From contig NMRA01000214.1 of the NCBI GenBank assembly GCA_002633005.1, positions 165,316-229,315 on the forward strand: a DNA stretch of 64,000 nt, in the 5' to 3' direction. The stretch's first letter is position 1, and each line of letters opens with the position of its first letter. Below the pieces are notes generated by a model that was not told the origin of the DNA, searched no databases, and was given only the letters and a program-made list of their open reading frames with translations. Origin of the DNA: Phoronis australis. Lineage: Eukaryota; Animalia; Phoronida. Shown one piece after another: positions 51,631-64,000 of this stretch. Position numbers and translations under genes: made by a program.

Positions 51631-52130
51631 AGTCTGAAGCAAACGTTTGGGATCAGGCTACAAGAACTTCAATGAAAAGGTCCATGTTCGCAATGTCAAA
51701 TAACCTGGCCGGTACCGGGGATGTTTACCTCCAAACATGATAAAGCAACGAATAGTTGACTTCGATCGCGTAGGCCTACGTCGAACAAGAACAAGACAAG
51801 TTGATTAGGAAAATCTAACTGGGAAGTGTCCACTTCATTCATGAAAAGGACGTGTACTCATTGTCGATAATCAAAAGAAAATTACACTCGACGATGCTCT
51901 GGTCCAAACCTTGCGTACTACATAACATTTAGGAAAGCTTTGATTTGAAGAGGCCCAACAATAGATTAGCTAAGATATCTAAAACTCGCCGCATACCAGC
52001 CAATGTTTTCTACAAACACACCGAGGAAGTTCTTTTGGGAGAGGTCAATTCCGTCTTTGAACAGCGTATTTACAAATACAAATGAACGGATTATGCTGAA
52101 TTTCTCAGAAGTTTTAGAAAAATATATTAC

Positions 52131-52280
52131 CTTTCGATCAAGCTCGCTAAAAAGCTCAGAGGTTTGACCAAGCAGATAAAATTCCTTAAAAACTAAAGGT
52201 GGTTAGGTTTCCGTTTTCGCCAAGTGCGCGAGGCTTCTTGCGAATTGTTGTTATAATACCCTCCCCCCACGATGTCAGCC
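52131..52280 (-). other. Putative non-coding first exon / promoter region of UBE2E
   Basis: AAAG|gtaat donor at 52131/52130 on the minus strand; CpG-richer region; the acceptor just before the ATG requires an upstream exon; 5' boundary uncertain. Confidence 0.4.
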
Positions 52281-53640
52281 ACGAGTTGAAATATTTTCGA
52301 GTATATGCTGCTTGCATATTGGACAGGCGACTGTAGCTGCAAAGGGGTAGCTGTCATGGAAGCATAGTTGTGCCGAATTCAAGTTGTTCGCACAAGAGCT
52401 CCACAAATCTGTGGTCAATCATAAGGTCAAACGGGGAGGAAAAGTAACAGCGGTAATCTTATCAATAAATGGAAAGCGGAATATGTTGTAGGGGTGGTAA
52501 GCACCGTGGTGAAAGACATTCTGTGTTCTCGACAACATTTTTAGATTTATGGTGTTTTATTTTATATTTTGTATTTACAATAATAGACTTAAATTCTTAA
52601 ATGATATCTGATTGTCGCTTTTTGAAAGAAACATCGCAACATTGTGATAAGTCATCATCTCGACACCCCTATTTTATGCGTTTTGAGTACTATTGCAGCT
52701 AATTCGGTAACTTGTATACACATCAAACACAAATAGCTGCACTTGGCGTTTTATAAATGTTTTGAACTATACGGTATCAGTAATCGTCTCATTATTTAAA
52801 ATATATATTACTTCAGATAATAACACACCTTGGCGAAAGAGTGAGCTTCTTACATAAATAGTCCTTTTTGAAAAAAAATGTAAATGAAATATACTAACTT
52901 TTTATGTATAAAAAGTTGCTTGGTGTTTTTAGGCTCACCAGGCATGTTTTGTTGCACTGAAAAAATGTCTAAAGCAGTATTTCGTCCTGTTTAGCATACC
53001 AATAAAAAAATCAATCTTATTAAATTCCTTATTGTGATAAGACTAATATGTTACCAACAAGTACATTGGAACTGTTAGCAACTCAAAAGAATGCTTCAAC
53101 ATCTATTGGGATTATAGTCAATCCTAAAAATGAAAATTCCAAAATGGTACATATACATGTTTGCAAGCTTTTTGCAAAGGGAGAGGTCTAAATGATAGGT
53201 TCTGAAGATAATTCTGCAAACTCAGTAGAAAACCAGTAATGAAATTTAGTACCGTAGCGATCTACAGACATGATAAAATAGAAATCATCTGTTTTCATGT
53301 TTGTAGCTTCGGCTAAAAAGCAGAATTTGGACCCTCTGTACCCCTCCCCTTGACCCACCATGGCCTGTGACTTTAGCTGCAGAAATAAAATCCTATCAGT
53401 TAGGTAAGGAATATTATGAGACCAATTTTGTGAGGTTAAAAGACCTTATGACTTTTCAGGTATTTATCAGCCAGCTAAACAGAGCAGAATGCAGCTTTGA
53501 ATCCACTCTGCCAACGGCAGATTAATTGTGCAGTGCCTTTATTGGCATGTCTGTGTATTGAGCCTGACAAAACACTCAGTTCAAACAAAACAATTTTCTG
53601 AAAATTATATATATACATATACAAATATATATACATATAC

Positions 53641-53647
<7 letters not shown>

Positions 53648-53730
<83 letters not shown>
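53648..53730. repeat. (TG)n microsatellite preceded by an (AT)-rich tract, ending at an assembly gap
   Basis: Directly visible. Confidence 0.98.
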
Positions 53731-53977
53731 NNNNNNNNNNNNNNNNNNNNNNNNNNNNNNNNNNNNNNNNNNNNNNNNNNNNNNNNNNNNNNNNNNNNNN
53801 NNNNNNNNNNNNNNNNNNNNNNNNNNNNNNNNNNNNNNNNNNNNNNNNNNNNNNNNNNNNNNNNNNNNNNNNNNNNNNNNNNNNNNNNNNNNNNNNNNNN
53901 NNNNNNNNNNNNNNNNNNNNNNNNNNNNNNNNNNNNNNNNNNNNNNNNNNNNNNNNNNNNNNNNNNNNNNNNNNNNN
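53731..53977. other. Assembly gap
   Basis: Run of N. Confidence 1.
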
Positions 53978-55665
53978 AGGGGGGGGAGGGGGGGGCACTT
54001 TTTCAGTGCCGCGCAGCTCATGCTTCTGCTGACCATTCAGAGGCTTTACAACCAAGGAGTGTAGTACACTCCTTGCTTTAACCCACAGAGCCATCGGGAG
54101 CACCAGTCGAATAGTGAGAAATCCATATTTGCACAAACTCAGGAGTTCAAGGGCGAAATGCCCACCACTAAGTCTGATTGGATTTTGGCGGGGTGCTGAT
54201 CAGGGTTTGCAATTTACTGAAACATGAAAATTTGAAAAATCTGCCGATATGCTTCATGCCAATCGGTCATTAACTGGGTCACGTGACCATAGACATTTTA
54301 GCAAAAGAAGAAAAGACTATACATCATAACAAAACAATAGTATTAATAACTCAACCAGTTTTGATAAAATGTTCAAAATGAAATCTCACAAGCGTTGTTA
54401 TAGATTCCTAAATTATTATCTCGTTTTTTGTTTGCATTATTTTTTCTCCATTGATTAAAAACGAACCAAAAATGACTTGCAGTCTCAAAATATAAAGGTG
54501 TACCGTTTCAATTAAAACGGTGTTTTGTTTATCTATGACAGGTAGGTCGGCAGACTATACACCCGGCTAAAAATCTACTGCCTTTAGGGGTGAATATTGA
54601 CCTTTTTCTTTTTAAAGTGACCGGCTTTTGAGTTTTTATCCACCTGGCTTAGCACCAATATGATACCTTTACCACACTTTCTACATTTGTCGAATGGTAA
54701 TGCAACACGCCAGGGGAACAGTAATTAATGCAGGAAAATGTCTCACAAACATTACAGCTAGCATGAGGCTAACTCCGTGTTCGTCCGTATTCCAGACGAC
54801 ACCTGTTTTCAGAGATCGATTCCAATCTTTCTTTTGTTACTCGCCAGGATCAGACGCCAGTCATCCACTCAAAACTGTTGTCAACAAATAAAAAGCCATT
54901 CGAAGCGTTCTGGCCAATTTTTATAGTATTCCTTCTGAGAAAGATGGATTCGACCAGTTTCTGTCCTTGACGTTTCAATTTATTTCAGCCAGCAATTCGT
55001 TGGGGGTGAATACATCGTTAATGCAATAATTGCCCTGTACAACGCAATAGGAGCTAAGATCAACTTTCGTGATATCAAAGGCTGACAGCGACGGGGCATC
55101 GTCTTTCTCGATTCCTTTGGGAAGCATTGTCCAACCATTAGAAACCATTGAACGGACGGTTATGGGAATCTGTACTAAAAATCTACTGCCTTTAGGTGCT
55201 CCCCATGTATTATTTGGGGTTTTGTTACCCCAACGCCGAACCTTAACCAGACTGTAACCATCCTGTCTTAATTGATTAAAAAAGTAATGCTCGTGGCTTA
55301 GCTGCAATTCTGAAGAAAATCTATTCAGTAATTTAGAACTCTTGTAAAAAGGCTGGATTTTAAAAAATCAAATAAAAATTCAAAGATGGCTGCTATTTAC
55401 TTCTCAATTTTGAAAACAGTAATGTTGGTCGTTTGCCTTACTTAGTTCGCTTTTTTACTTTGAAACTCCTGCGCTAAACAGGCGTATCGGTTCGCGACCG
55501 CAATTATCCCATCCAGCACGTTCAGCCAATAGCGACTTGTTCACTTCAAGTCCGTGACGGCGACATCAAGCCTTTGATGTGTCGCGAACTTCGCTGGGTG
55601 CTCTGGGGGTAAACAGTGCACGCTTTCTCATCGGGGCAATTCTTAGTAATCATGCTTAATTAAAG

Positions 55666-56227
55666 CATGCACGCACACAAGGGGGGCTCGGGGGGGGCTC
55701 GAACGATCCCCCAATTTGGCCGAAGTGGGTAAAAAGATTCACCTCAGTGAAACATAAAGGGTAAACGAGACAAAAATCCGCAAAATCCAGAAGAAGTCGG
55801 CGCGGATGCACAATTCGGTGAGCCTGAACCCAGTGGCTCCGTTTTTTTTTGTTTTTTNAATTCGGTGAGCCTGAACCCAGTGGCTCCGTTTTTTTTTTGT
55901 TTTTTTTTGTTTTTTTTTTTAGTCCTAGTTAAATTTCTTTCAATAAAGGGTCCGCATATCGAAAAATTCGAGCCCCCATATATTTTAGGCTGGGATTTGG
56001 CTTATTAGCGACTTCCCCATCCAGTTCTCTGAAACAAAATAATGCTCTGTAACCTTCGGCAACCCTCAAAAGTTTGGAGAAAATTTTGAAAACTCGAACG
56101 TGACCTACGCTTTATTCTACACGGCAACTGTGGGGGAAAAGACCACCCATCATGGACCATAATATCCAATCTGTGCTCTTCTGTTTGGTTCGTTCGAGCC
56201 CCCCGAGCCCCCCTGGGTGCGTGCATG
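55666..56227. mobile_element. MITE-derived composite with inverted CATGCACGCAC...GGGGGGCTCGGGGGGCTCGAACGA ends
   Basis: 55666-55706 is the inverse of 56190-56227; internal similarity to the MITE at 10166-10395; no TSD seen. Confidence 0.55.
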
Positions 56228-56761
56228 CAGTTTTCCGGTAACAATAGCTTTGAAGACGGGCCGCTGGAATACCTCCTAGTCGACAGAACGTAAGCTTTTC
56301 TCTCGGAAGCAGACACCAGGAAAACCGCATACTGCGACCTCTAACGGTTGTGCTTGAATGCTTCCGTTCCGCTCTTGAGTGAAAAGACAAAAATGGCTCG
56401 CGACGTGTGACCTTATGACAAGCCTTACGAGCACCTATGCATTTCAAGGTAATTGCCACCGCTGATCAAAGGGTATTATTGATACCCTTAACGTTCACAG
56501 AAATGTACCTGTCCTGTGGACTTGTGATTGCGCCAGTTGGGCAGTTGTCTGAATAGGACACTTGAAATCTGGTCTGAGCCCCCCCCCCCACACACACGCA
56601 CACTCAAACAAAAAAGTCCACGCATTGTCAGATCTTGTTTCGGACGTATAATGTTAATAACTGGGGTTAATTAATAACCTCAATATTTTCTCTAGCCTTG
56701 GCACAAAACTGTATGCGATAGTCTTCATATACAGTTAGTTGGCTGGCTGTATTTCCTCATC

Positions 56762-57434
56762 ATGTAAACTCCGTGAGGACTTGACAGGGACCTCAGCCTG
56801 AGGTCCCTGTCAAGTCCTCAGTCCTCACCCCTGAGGCTCAGGGGTCTCACACTCCACTGATTTATCCACATTATTTAGAAAACGTTTTGCCCAGTCACGA
56901 ATTGTGAGATAAGCATACCAGCAGCTGACGTAGCAAGTAGAATTATATACCTATCGTTTATCACATTGGTGTAGACTCACAGTTGAACTGTGGTTTTCTG
57001 TAGACCCCAGACCGTCCCGAGTTGCACCATATACCAACTCCGGACGGTCTCTCACGACGATTAAGCGTTATGATGCTTTAAGTTGGTTGCTTTATTATTT
57101 TTGCGGCCACCAAGGGTGGATCACTAAACTCTCCTATTGTAAGCCCTTGGTTGTCGTGGAAACATAACGTAAACTTGCCGTGAGGACTTAACAGGGACCT
57201 CAGGGGTCTCACACTCCACTGATTTATCCACATTATTTTGAAAACGCTTTGTCCAGTCACACATTGTGTGTCATAAAAGCATACCTGCAGCTGACGCAAC
57301 AAGTAGAACTACTCTCGTTTATCACATTGGTGTAGACTCACAGTTGAACTGTGGTTTTCTGTAGACCCCAGACCATCCCGAGTTGCACCATATACCAACT
57401 CTGGACGGCCTCTCACGAGGATTAAGCGTTATGA
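56762..57434 (+). repeat. Local duplication (56762-57073 and 57167-57434); the first copy has an added perfect palindrome
   Basis: ctcaggggtctcacactccactgatttatccacattatt ... aagcgttatga present twice with high identity. Confidence 0.92.
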
Positions 57435-58648
57435 CATTTTTCCAAGTCAAATTCTATCCTTCAACAATAGAAAGTGATGTCAACAGCTCAGCAAGAGGCC
57501 AGCATCTTGACTCTGCCATCGCTGCAAGTGCACAATCACCTTATACCGCAACTCTTTATTAAACACAGTTTGTGTCAGTCTCATATTTGTTGAATGTTTG
57601 TGAATGCAGGCCTGAATGGCCATTGCATCACTTTTTATTACGTATTACGTAAATAACGAATTCGTGCCAGGGGAACAAATGTTAATGTGGAAAAATGTCT
57701 TTCCAAGAAACCAGAGATCTGGATTTTTAGAAAATTTAACATCAAAAACAGCTGATTGCCCCTTTAATTTCAGTGTTGATCGTTGATTTTTGCTTACTTC
57801 AAGATATTCTAGACTCAAGGACACTTGGGAGTCCCTCCCCCTAGGAAAGCCACTCGCTGAATTTAGAATATATTGTTCCAGGCCGACTTAACACCCACCC
57901 CTGGTTGTTTTGTGCCAGAAATTTCAGTTTTAGTTGTTAAATGCCCTGGACTATCAGATGATGAGCCCATAGGAGTACATCTGATCGTATTGAGTAGAGT
58001 TCAGTTGGTCTAGGTGTGCAACTGTAAAACCACCTCAGTGCTAACATGAGATGAGACAGTCTTGTGAATTTTGGACATAGAAATTAATTTAAAAAAAAGA
58101 AATATGGGACTCATGTAATGCTTGTTTTCATCATGGTTCTGTAAATTCTTGGAGGATTTTATGTATTTTTTTGTATTTGCAAAGCGGTCTGTAATCGATG
58201 TCATTATATTAACTCTCAGAAATTTTAGAATGAGGTCGTAAGTTTGATTTCTCTTTACTAAAATTCTTGTTTTCAGGTGATGATTTTGATTTAACGGTCT
58301 CTATTAATGAAAATGAAATCATCTAAGTTAATTTAAGGCGGTATTTAGCCTTGTTTAGCTGGCTAGAAAACAAAAATCAGTCTCGTATTCCTCACGTTAT
58401 AGTTTGTTGGGATTGACCAACCCTACAATTATGGATTCAAGAATGGCGCATGTACACACTGGCTATGAGTTGAGTTGCCAGCTCATTTGGCAATAGATCC
58501 GAAGAGTGTGGTAATGTTTTTTAACCTGAAAGAGTTTCAATAGACAGGCCAGGGGTGAAATGCAGCTTTGTGTTTAGACTTTAAATTAACTCCTTCATTT
58601 TTATATTTTCAGACCCACCGATTATTCAGCACACAGAGTCTTTGGCTG

Positions 58649-59689
58649 ATGCTTCTGTTAGCTACAATCATATTAATATGGCTACTGCAACAAATTTATT
58701 TTCGCTCCGAAGCATTTGTAGGGAATCCTATCCAGTGGCGACACCTTCACCAGGATACTCTGTATCAATACGCATCAAGGTTCACGAAGACATTCGTTTA
58801 TTTCTTCACACATGAACACCCTCATCTTGCGTACCCTGCAAAGGACACATATCTGATGGATAATGTTACTCTCGTCACAGCGTTCTTTAACATTGGCTCC
58901 TTTCAAAAGGCCTCTGTTGGGGTCTACAATGCGTCCATCTACATGGAACAGGCCATCAAGTTTTCGCGGGTAAAAAATTATGTTGTGCTCTACTCAGATG
59001 ACTGGGACTATATAAGGACGTTTGAGTCCCACAGAAAGGAATTTGTTGGTAGGACTAAAGTCGTATTTGTGAACAAATCAAAAATGTGGTCGTTTTCATT
59101 GAAGAATCGTGTCTCAAAAATATTTTCCAATCCACGGTATCCTAAGTTTCAGCCTAACACAGTAAATCCAAGCTATTCATGCGCAATGATTGCTAAGTAT
59201 GAAATCGTTGCCACTGCAATGGAGGCTAATTATTTCCAGACATCGTACTTTGCGTGGATTGATCAAGGTTATTTTCGTGAATTCCGTGTGGATGGTCCAA
59301 AATTCACTATTGGTACACCGCCAGGATTCGACAACAGAACTGTTTGTTTTGGTGAAATATTCAAACAATCCAACCCAGGTACAGTGAGAAATATTTTCTT
59401 CACCAACAATGTGTGGATCAGCGCTGGATTTTTTCTAGCTGAGATCAACACCATGAAAAGTTTTGTAGATCAATTTAAGAGACATGTTCTTCAGTATATA
59501 GAAAAGCACCTGAGCAGTTCTGATCAACAAGTACTGTACGCCATGTATTGGCAGGATGCACAGATGCATTCTGGGACCAGTCACTTGCCACCATTACAGG
59601 TTTACTTGACAAACTTAGAACCAGGAGACTGTTGGTTTTTCTTAGGAAAACTCTGTATTCTTGAAGATTTTTATGTGAAAATTCAATAA
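58649..59689 (+). CDS. HtrL/YibB-family putative glycosyltransferase with N-terminal signal anchor (346 aa from the first ATG; may extend 5' via the acceptor at 58612/58613)
   Basis: Long uninterrupted ORF; hydrophobic MLLLATIILIWLL; motifs VTLVTAFFNIG, Y...MIAK, YFAWIDQGYFR, ISAGFF and SSDQQVL recalled as HtrL-like; AATAAA overlaps the stop. Confidence 0.75.
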   Translation: MLLLATIILIWLLQQIYFRSEAFVGNPIQWRHLHQDTLYQYASRFTKTFVYFFTHEHPHLAYPAKDTYLMDNVTLVTAFFNIGSFQKASVGVYNASIYMEQAIKFSRVKNYVVLYSDDWDYIRTFESHRKEFVGRTKVVFVNKSKMWSFSLKNRVSKIFSNPRYPKFQPNTVNPSYSCAMIAKYEIVATAMEANYFQTSYFAWIDQGYFREFRVDGPKFTIGTPPGFDNRTVCFGEIFKQSNPGTVRNIFFTNNVWISAGFFLAEINTMKSFVDQFKRHVLQYIEKHLSSSDQQVLYAMYWQDAQMHSGTSHLPPLQVYLTNLEPGDCWFFLGKLCILEDFYVKIQ

Positions 59690-62600
59690 AATAAGCATTT
59701 AAATTAACATTGTATTTGAAATACCGATCTCAGTTGCTGTATGGAATCAATGGATCAGCATGTGACTCCACAATGCTGACAACAGAATATTTGAAGTTCA
59801 AGTTCAGATTTGTGTTCCTATTAAAATTATAGTTATATGGCGCACATTATGAGAATGGTATCTGGCATTCAGGATCATTTGTGCTCTTCTGTTGGCTCGG
59901 GAAACTTTCACAGCATAACTTCTATTACAACTCCTCATAATACAGTAATCCTATGCACAAAAGACACCAACATATTTTCCGATAGTCAAGGTGTGTCAAT
60001 TTACTGATTATAAAGCCAGACTTTGTAGTTGATGGGAGTGAAAAACTAACTGAGTACTGGTAATTAAGTATCGCCAACTGAATATGTGTGTGTGACTAAA
60101 TGCGACATAGGGGTTGTAAACGTGGTCCAATTAATGCTAATTACGTTTCTTAAACCTGTTCCAATATAAGTCAAGAGTACTTTACCTGATCATTGGTAAA
60201 ACAGTCTTTTGATCACGTGACTCTGGGTGACATCCCAATCATCCAGGTCACCCCTTTCACCTTGTGTTTTCAAGTGCACATGAGATATTCCATTTTCAAA
60301 TTTGTTGATTAAATAATGAATACACAATGTTCAGACCTTATTACCGCAAGCGTGTAGTATCAGAATTAATTGCAGGGTAGTGTGCATTGATATTTTCCAA
60401 AGTTCAAAACTGACTGTCCCACCAGGTAGTTTCGGGTGGCTGAGGTGTGTTCTTAAACGATGGATGAAATCTAGTCTCTCATTGAAAATTGCATTGTACC
60501 GTCAATTTCCCCACTTGTGGCAGGTCTACCTAAAGGTACTGACAGCCCAAGAGGCAACTCGTTAACATTTGTCCTTTTGTCACCCCAACGCCATGAGTGC
60601 GCCTGAGCCAGACTATGACTAACTCGTCCTTACATAAAAAGTTAATTAATGCATGTGGCTCAGCCGTGCTGCTGAAGAAAACTTATTCGCATTTTAAAAA
60701 TTCAATCATTACAGGGCCCGGTGTGTAATGCTATTCAAAATCAAACTCGACATTATTTTTCTACTTTTGTGAAAACTCAAGACAAGTTTCTATTGTTCTG
60801 TTTTAGTACATAATGGCTTAGGCCCTCTATCATGTATATAACCTTCGTAGTCATCAAGTACAAACTTGGACTAAGCAGACTAATGACCACTTAGGTTGAC
60901 TCAGCTCGCACAAAAGAACAGAAAATGGCAAGAATAATTTCGAGTTTGATTTTGCCGCTTAAGATTAAATCCTGGCCCCAATTAAGATTCAGTTAGTTCT
61001 CATAATGGTTAGAACAACCTCCAAGAACTCACCGTAACAAAATCAGTCCCACTTACTCAGACACACTGGCTCAGAAGGGTTTGTAGATTTTTGTTTCCTC
61101 TGAAAATTAACAATTTGTAGTTGCTTGAACCTCCATCAGTGGCTCTATGGCCACGGAACTAGTGAGCGATCATGCAAGCCAGAACTCCATAAAAGCTTCC
61201 TTGAAAGCCCAGCCTGGGTCCCTTTCGTGAGAGCTTTGAACAGTTATTTCTTTTAAATAACTTATCACTAAATGTTTATAATATATAATGATAATATTAC
61301 ATAACAGTAGGGAGGTATTACCAGGAAGGGACAGTGCAACTGCTTTGGGACATTGTAATGTGTTTTCAAACGTGATTTCAAAACTAAATTTTCAAGTTGT
61401 CAGCAATCCGAGCATTGTGTTTGAAAACTATTCTTTACCTACAAAATTACACCTCTTCGGTCCCCAAAGATTGTATATTGGTGGCGCCGGGAGGCTTTGA
61501 ACATGACTTGTTTTACCCTTTCAAAACACTCTCCTCTCTGATAACAGTAACTAAAGAGACTATAAACTAAATGTCTATCCTTGTGTGGAAAGCGGCTTTC
61601 TTTCTAAGCATATACCCTATCCTAACTTTTGCCATACAAGTGAGATTCATCATAATAATTCGCCAATAAATGTGTGAGTGTGTGTGGGATGCGATTACTG
61701 GGAAATTAGGGTCGCTGCACGTAGTTATGGCGTGGAATAGTTTCCACCCGGTGTGTAGTGCTTCTATCAATCGTAAAACAGAAATTATTCCACCAAATAC
61801 GATTCAATAAGTGTGACCGGGGCGTTCAAGTTATTTTTGAAGAGTTGAGTTTTGTTGCGTGACTGGTGTGTGGATCCATCACGGGTAGAGGCGACTAGCT
61901 CCAAAAATAACGCCACCGAGATGCTACTTTGATGCAAAAGTAGAATGAGATGAAGACAGACTCTGAGGATTACATGTAGCTACAGTAAATCACTCCGAGA
62001 TCTCGAGGTTTTCAATTGCATTGTCATGAGTCATGCTAACGAAGATTTTAGAGAATGTGACAAACTGAACTTTAAAACCGTAAGAGTCTATCACTGGAAT
62101 GAGCCAAAAACTTACGTTAACACGCTTAATACTCTGAAAATATGGAGGTGGGGCCCCCAGCAAAACAAGCAGTACAGGGTACCCCCGACTCGCACGACTG
62201 ATGCTTTTCTCCAATCGCCTTCTAGAACTCAAGAAAAGATTCCTGACTCAAATCACAGATTTAAGAACATGAAAACTCGAAAAGCACCTAGTTTTTAATA
62301 GGGGGTTTCCGTGTATGAGATCAGATGGCTCAACAACTCAAGGGTTCACGCTTCCTAATTTCAAGCCCGCTCCGATTTGCATGCTTGTGCGCCCGCGAAA
62401 AACCCACTACAATTTCTAATTTGTAAATCATTGTTTTACAAATTATGAACAATCTTGTCAGAAATTGATGGTTCAGTTAACGCCCTATTAAAATTCGGTG
62501 AAATAAGTATCACTTGGTGCGACTTTAGCAAAAACTTCAGTCATAATTTTGTCAAAGTAAAGTAATAGAAGTTTCGATGCATTTTGTCGCAGGTGAATGT

Positions 62601-64000
62601 AAACAGTGTCGGCGTAGCACCTGAAAATGGCATGCTGTAGACGATTTTGGTGTGTGCTGGAAGAGGAGGCGAGGCCCCGAACTCCCTGAACTGTGGTGTA
62701 GTTGCTCTATGATACTTGCGTAGAACGTCGATTTGAAAATTCAAAGTTGTACCAATATTTTTTCGCTCGTCTTTTCAAATATTACAGTCAAAACTATGTA
62801 AATCGCTCTCCATAAAAGGTACAATCATCTAGGCTAGATTGTAATCAGATGATCGTATCCGCATGAGCGAAGCCAATTACCCTCACTCATAACTCGATGA
62901 ATAGAGCAGCTACGCGGGATCCTTTGATCGTGAGCTGAACACAACACAGCCAAGATGGATAAATACAGTCTAGTTCAATCTGCCAAACCGCACAGCTTTC
63001 CCTGATCAGTGGGATTTGACGTAATCTCATTTAGTGGGAATGTTTATGGCATGGTGAAGACTGACAGACGAATTTTTCTTTGCCACTGAAACAGAAGAAT
63101 TTTTGCAGTTCATTTGTTCGTAATGACTTTGAATTTCTGTTCATGTCAAAGCATTTTCCCCTTAGTTTCAAATTTCAGAAATCAATCTGTCAACTGCTCG
63201 TACTTCGTCAAGTTTTTCTTCCCCACGGCAAAACACCTCTTCTTATTGGGCATGGTGAGACATAGACCAAGCACATGTGACCTTTGACTTTTGATGTAAA
63301 CAAAACAATGGCCATTTCAAGCTGCAGCCCGTCCAATTTCTTTAAGCGCATGCGCGCATATATATTTTTAGAGGCGGAAAATTTGAAAACTGTCTATGAA
63401 AGGGTTTTCATTTCGTCTGTATTTCAAAAATAGTGAATGTGACGATTTTTTTTAGAAATTCTTGAATAACACGTTAGCATCCCCAAAAACTAGATTCACC
63501 ACGATTTGCTTGAAAGGTACTTTTCACAAGTTTTTGTATTCCATGCCCCTTTAAAACAGCTATCAACAGGCGTTATGTGACAGAAAACAGATTTTGATTT
63601 TGGGATTGGAGAGAACTGATAGTTCATTATTGCTTGACATTAGTTTGTTATGGTGAGCATGGCCTACAAAACTCCACAAACTGCCAATTTGCAAGACCAA
63701 AATCACTTCTCATCTCATTAAGGAGAGAATACATGATCATTGTTGTTTAATTTTTTATTAAAAATGAAATGTAATACCTTATAGTGATTCCTTCTCGATA
63801 AATTCATTCAAAAACCATAAAATGATGTACTTTTCCTAGCAATAAGTCAGTTGGTGAATAACAGGCTGGTTAAGTACACAGACACAGGTCTGCATTTTGC
63901 CTGCCATATCACTGGTAACAACGGCAGAAGCAGAATCTCCACAAGTAACAGCACTAACCGAGCTAAGCTTCTAATGAGACCACATGCTGCTGAGATACCC

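Noticed and set aside
54780-55307. Minus-strand ORF with SNGW, reminiscent of a pogo/CENP-B HTH
   Set aside because: The surrounding residues do not fit the domain and stops follow; insufficient support.
55812-55900. Tandem duplication of about 45 bp around a single N at 55858
   Set aside because: Identical sequence on both sides of a 1-N junction ending in poly-T is typical of an unmerged contig overlap.
61990-62298. ORFs of 80-90 aa near the window end
   Set aside because: No motif and no convincing splice sites or partner exons.

Overview
Repeat-rich, AT-rich animal genomic DNA (GT-AG introns, three N gaps), probably an invertebrate; the species cannot be determined from the sequence. 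Four protein-coding genes can be assembled by hand. (1) A 4-exon, about 142-aa gene with no family I recognise and an NLS-like motif (+, 1646-4009). (2) A 2-exon THAP-domain plus C2H2 zinc-finger gene whose finger array is decaying and cut by an in-frame TAG (+, 10728-19117). (3) A 5-coding-exon UBE2E-class ubiquitin-conjugating enzyme with a 25.5-kb intron and an unusual C-terminal tail (-, 51630-22531). (4) An HtrL/YibB-like putative glycosyltransferase with an uninterrupted ORF and an N-terminal membrane anchor (+, 58649-59689). Introns and intergenic DNA carry many non-autonomous transposons, including a four-level nested insertion, Penelope-like remnants with minimal hammerhead-ribozyme motifs, a tRNA-headed retrozyme-like unit, and a tandem-repeat element with an oriented array of CTCF-consensus motifs. 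All family assignments come from motif recognition by eye; no database searches were run.
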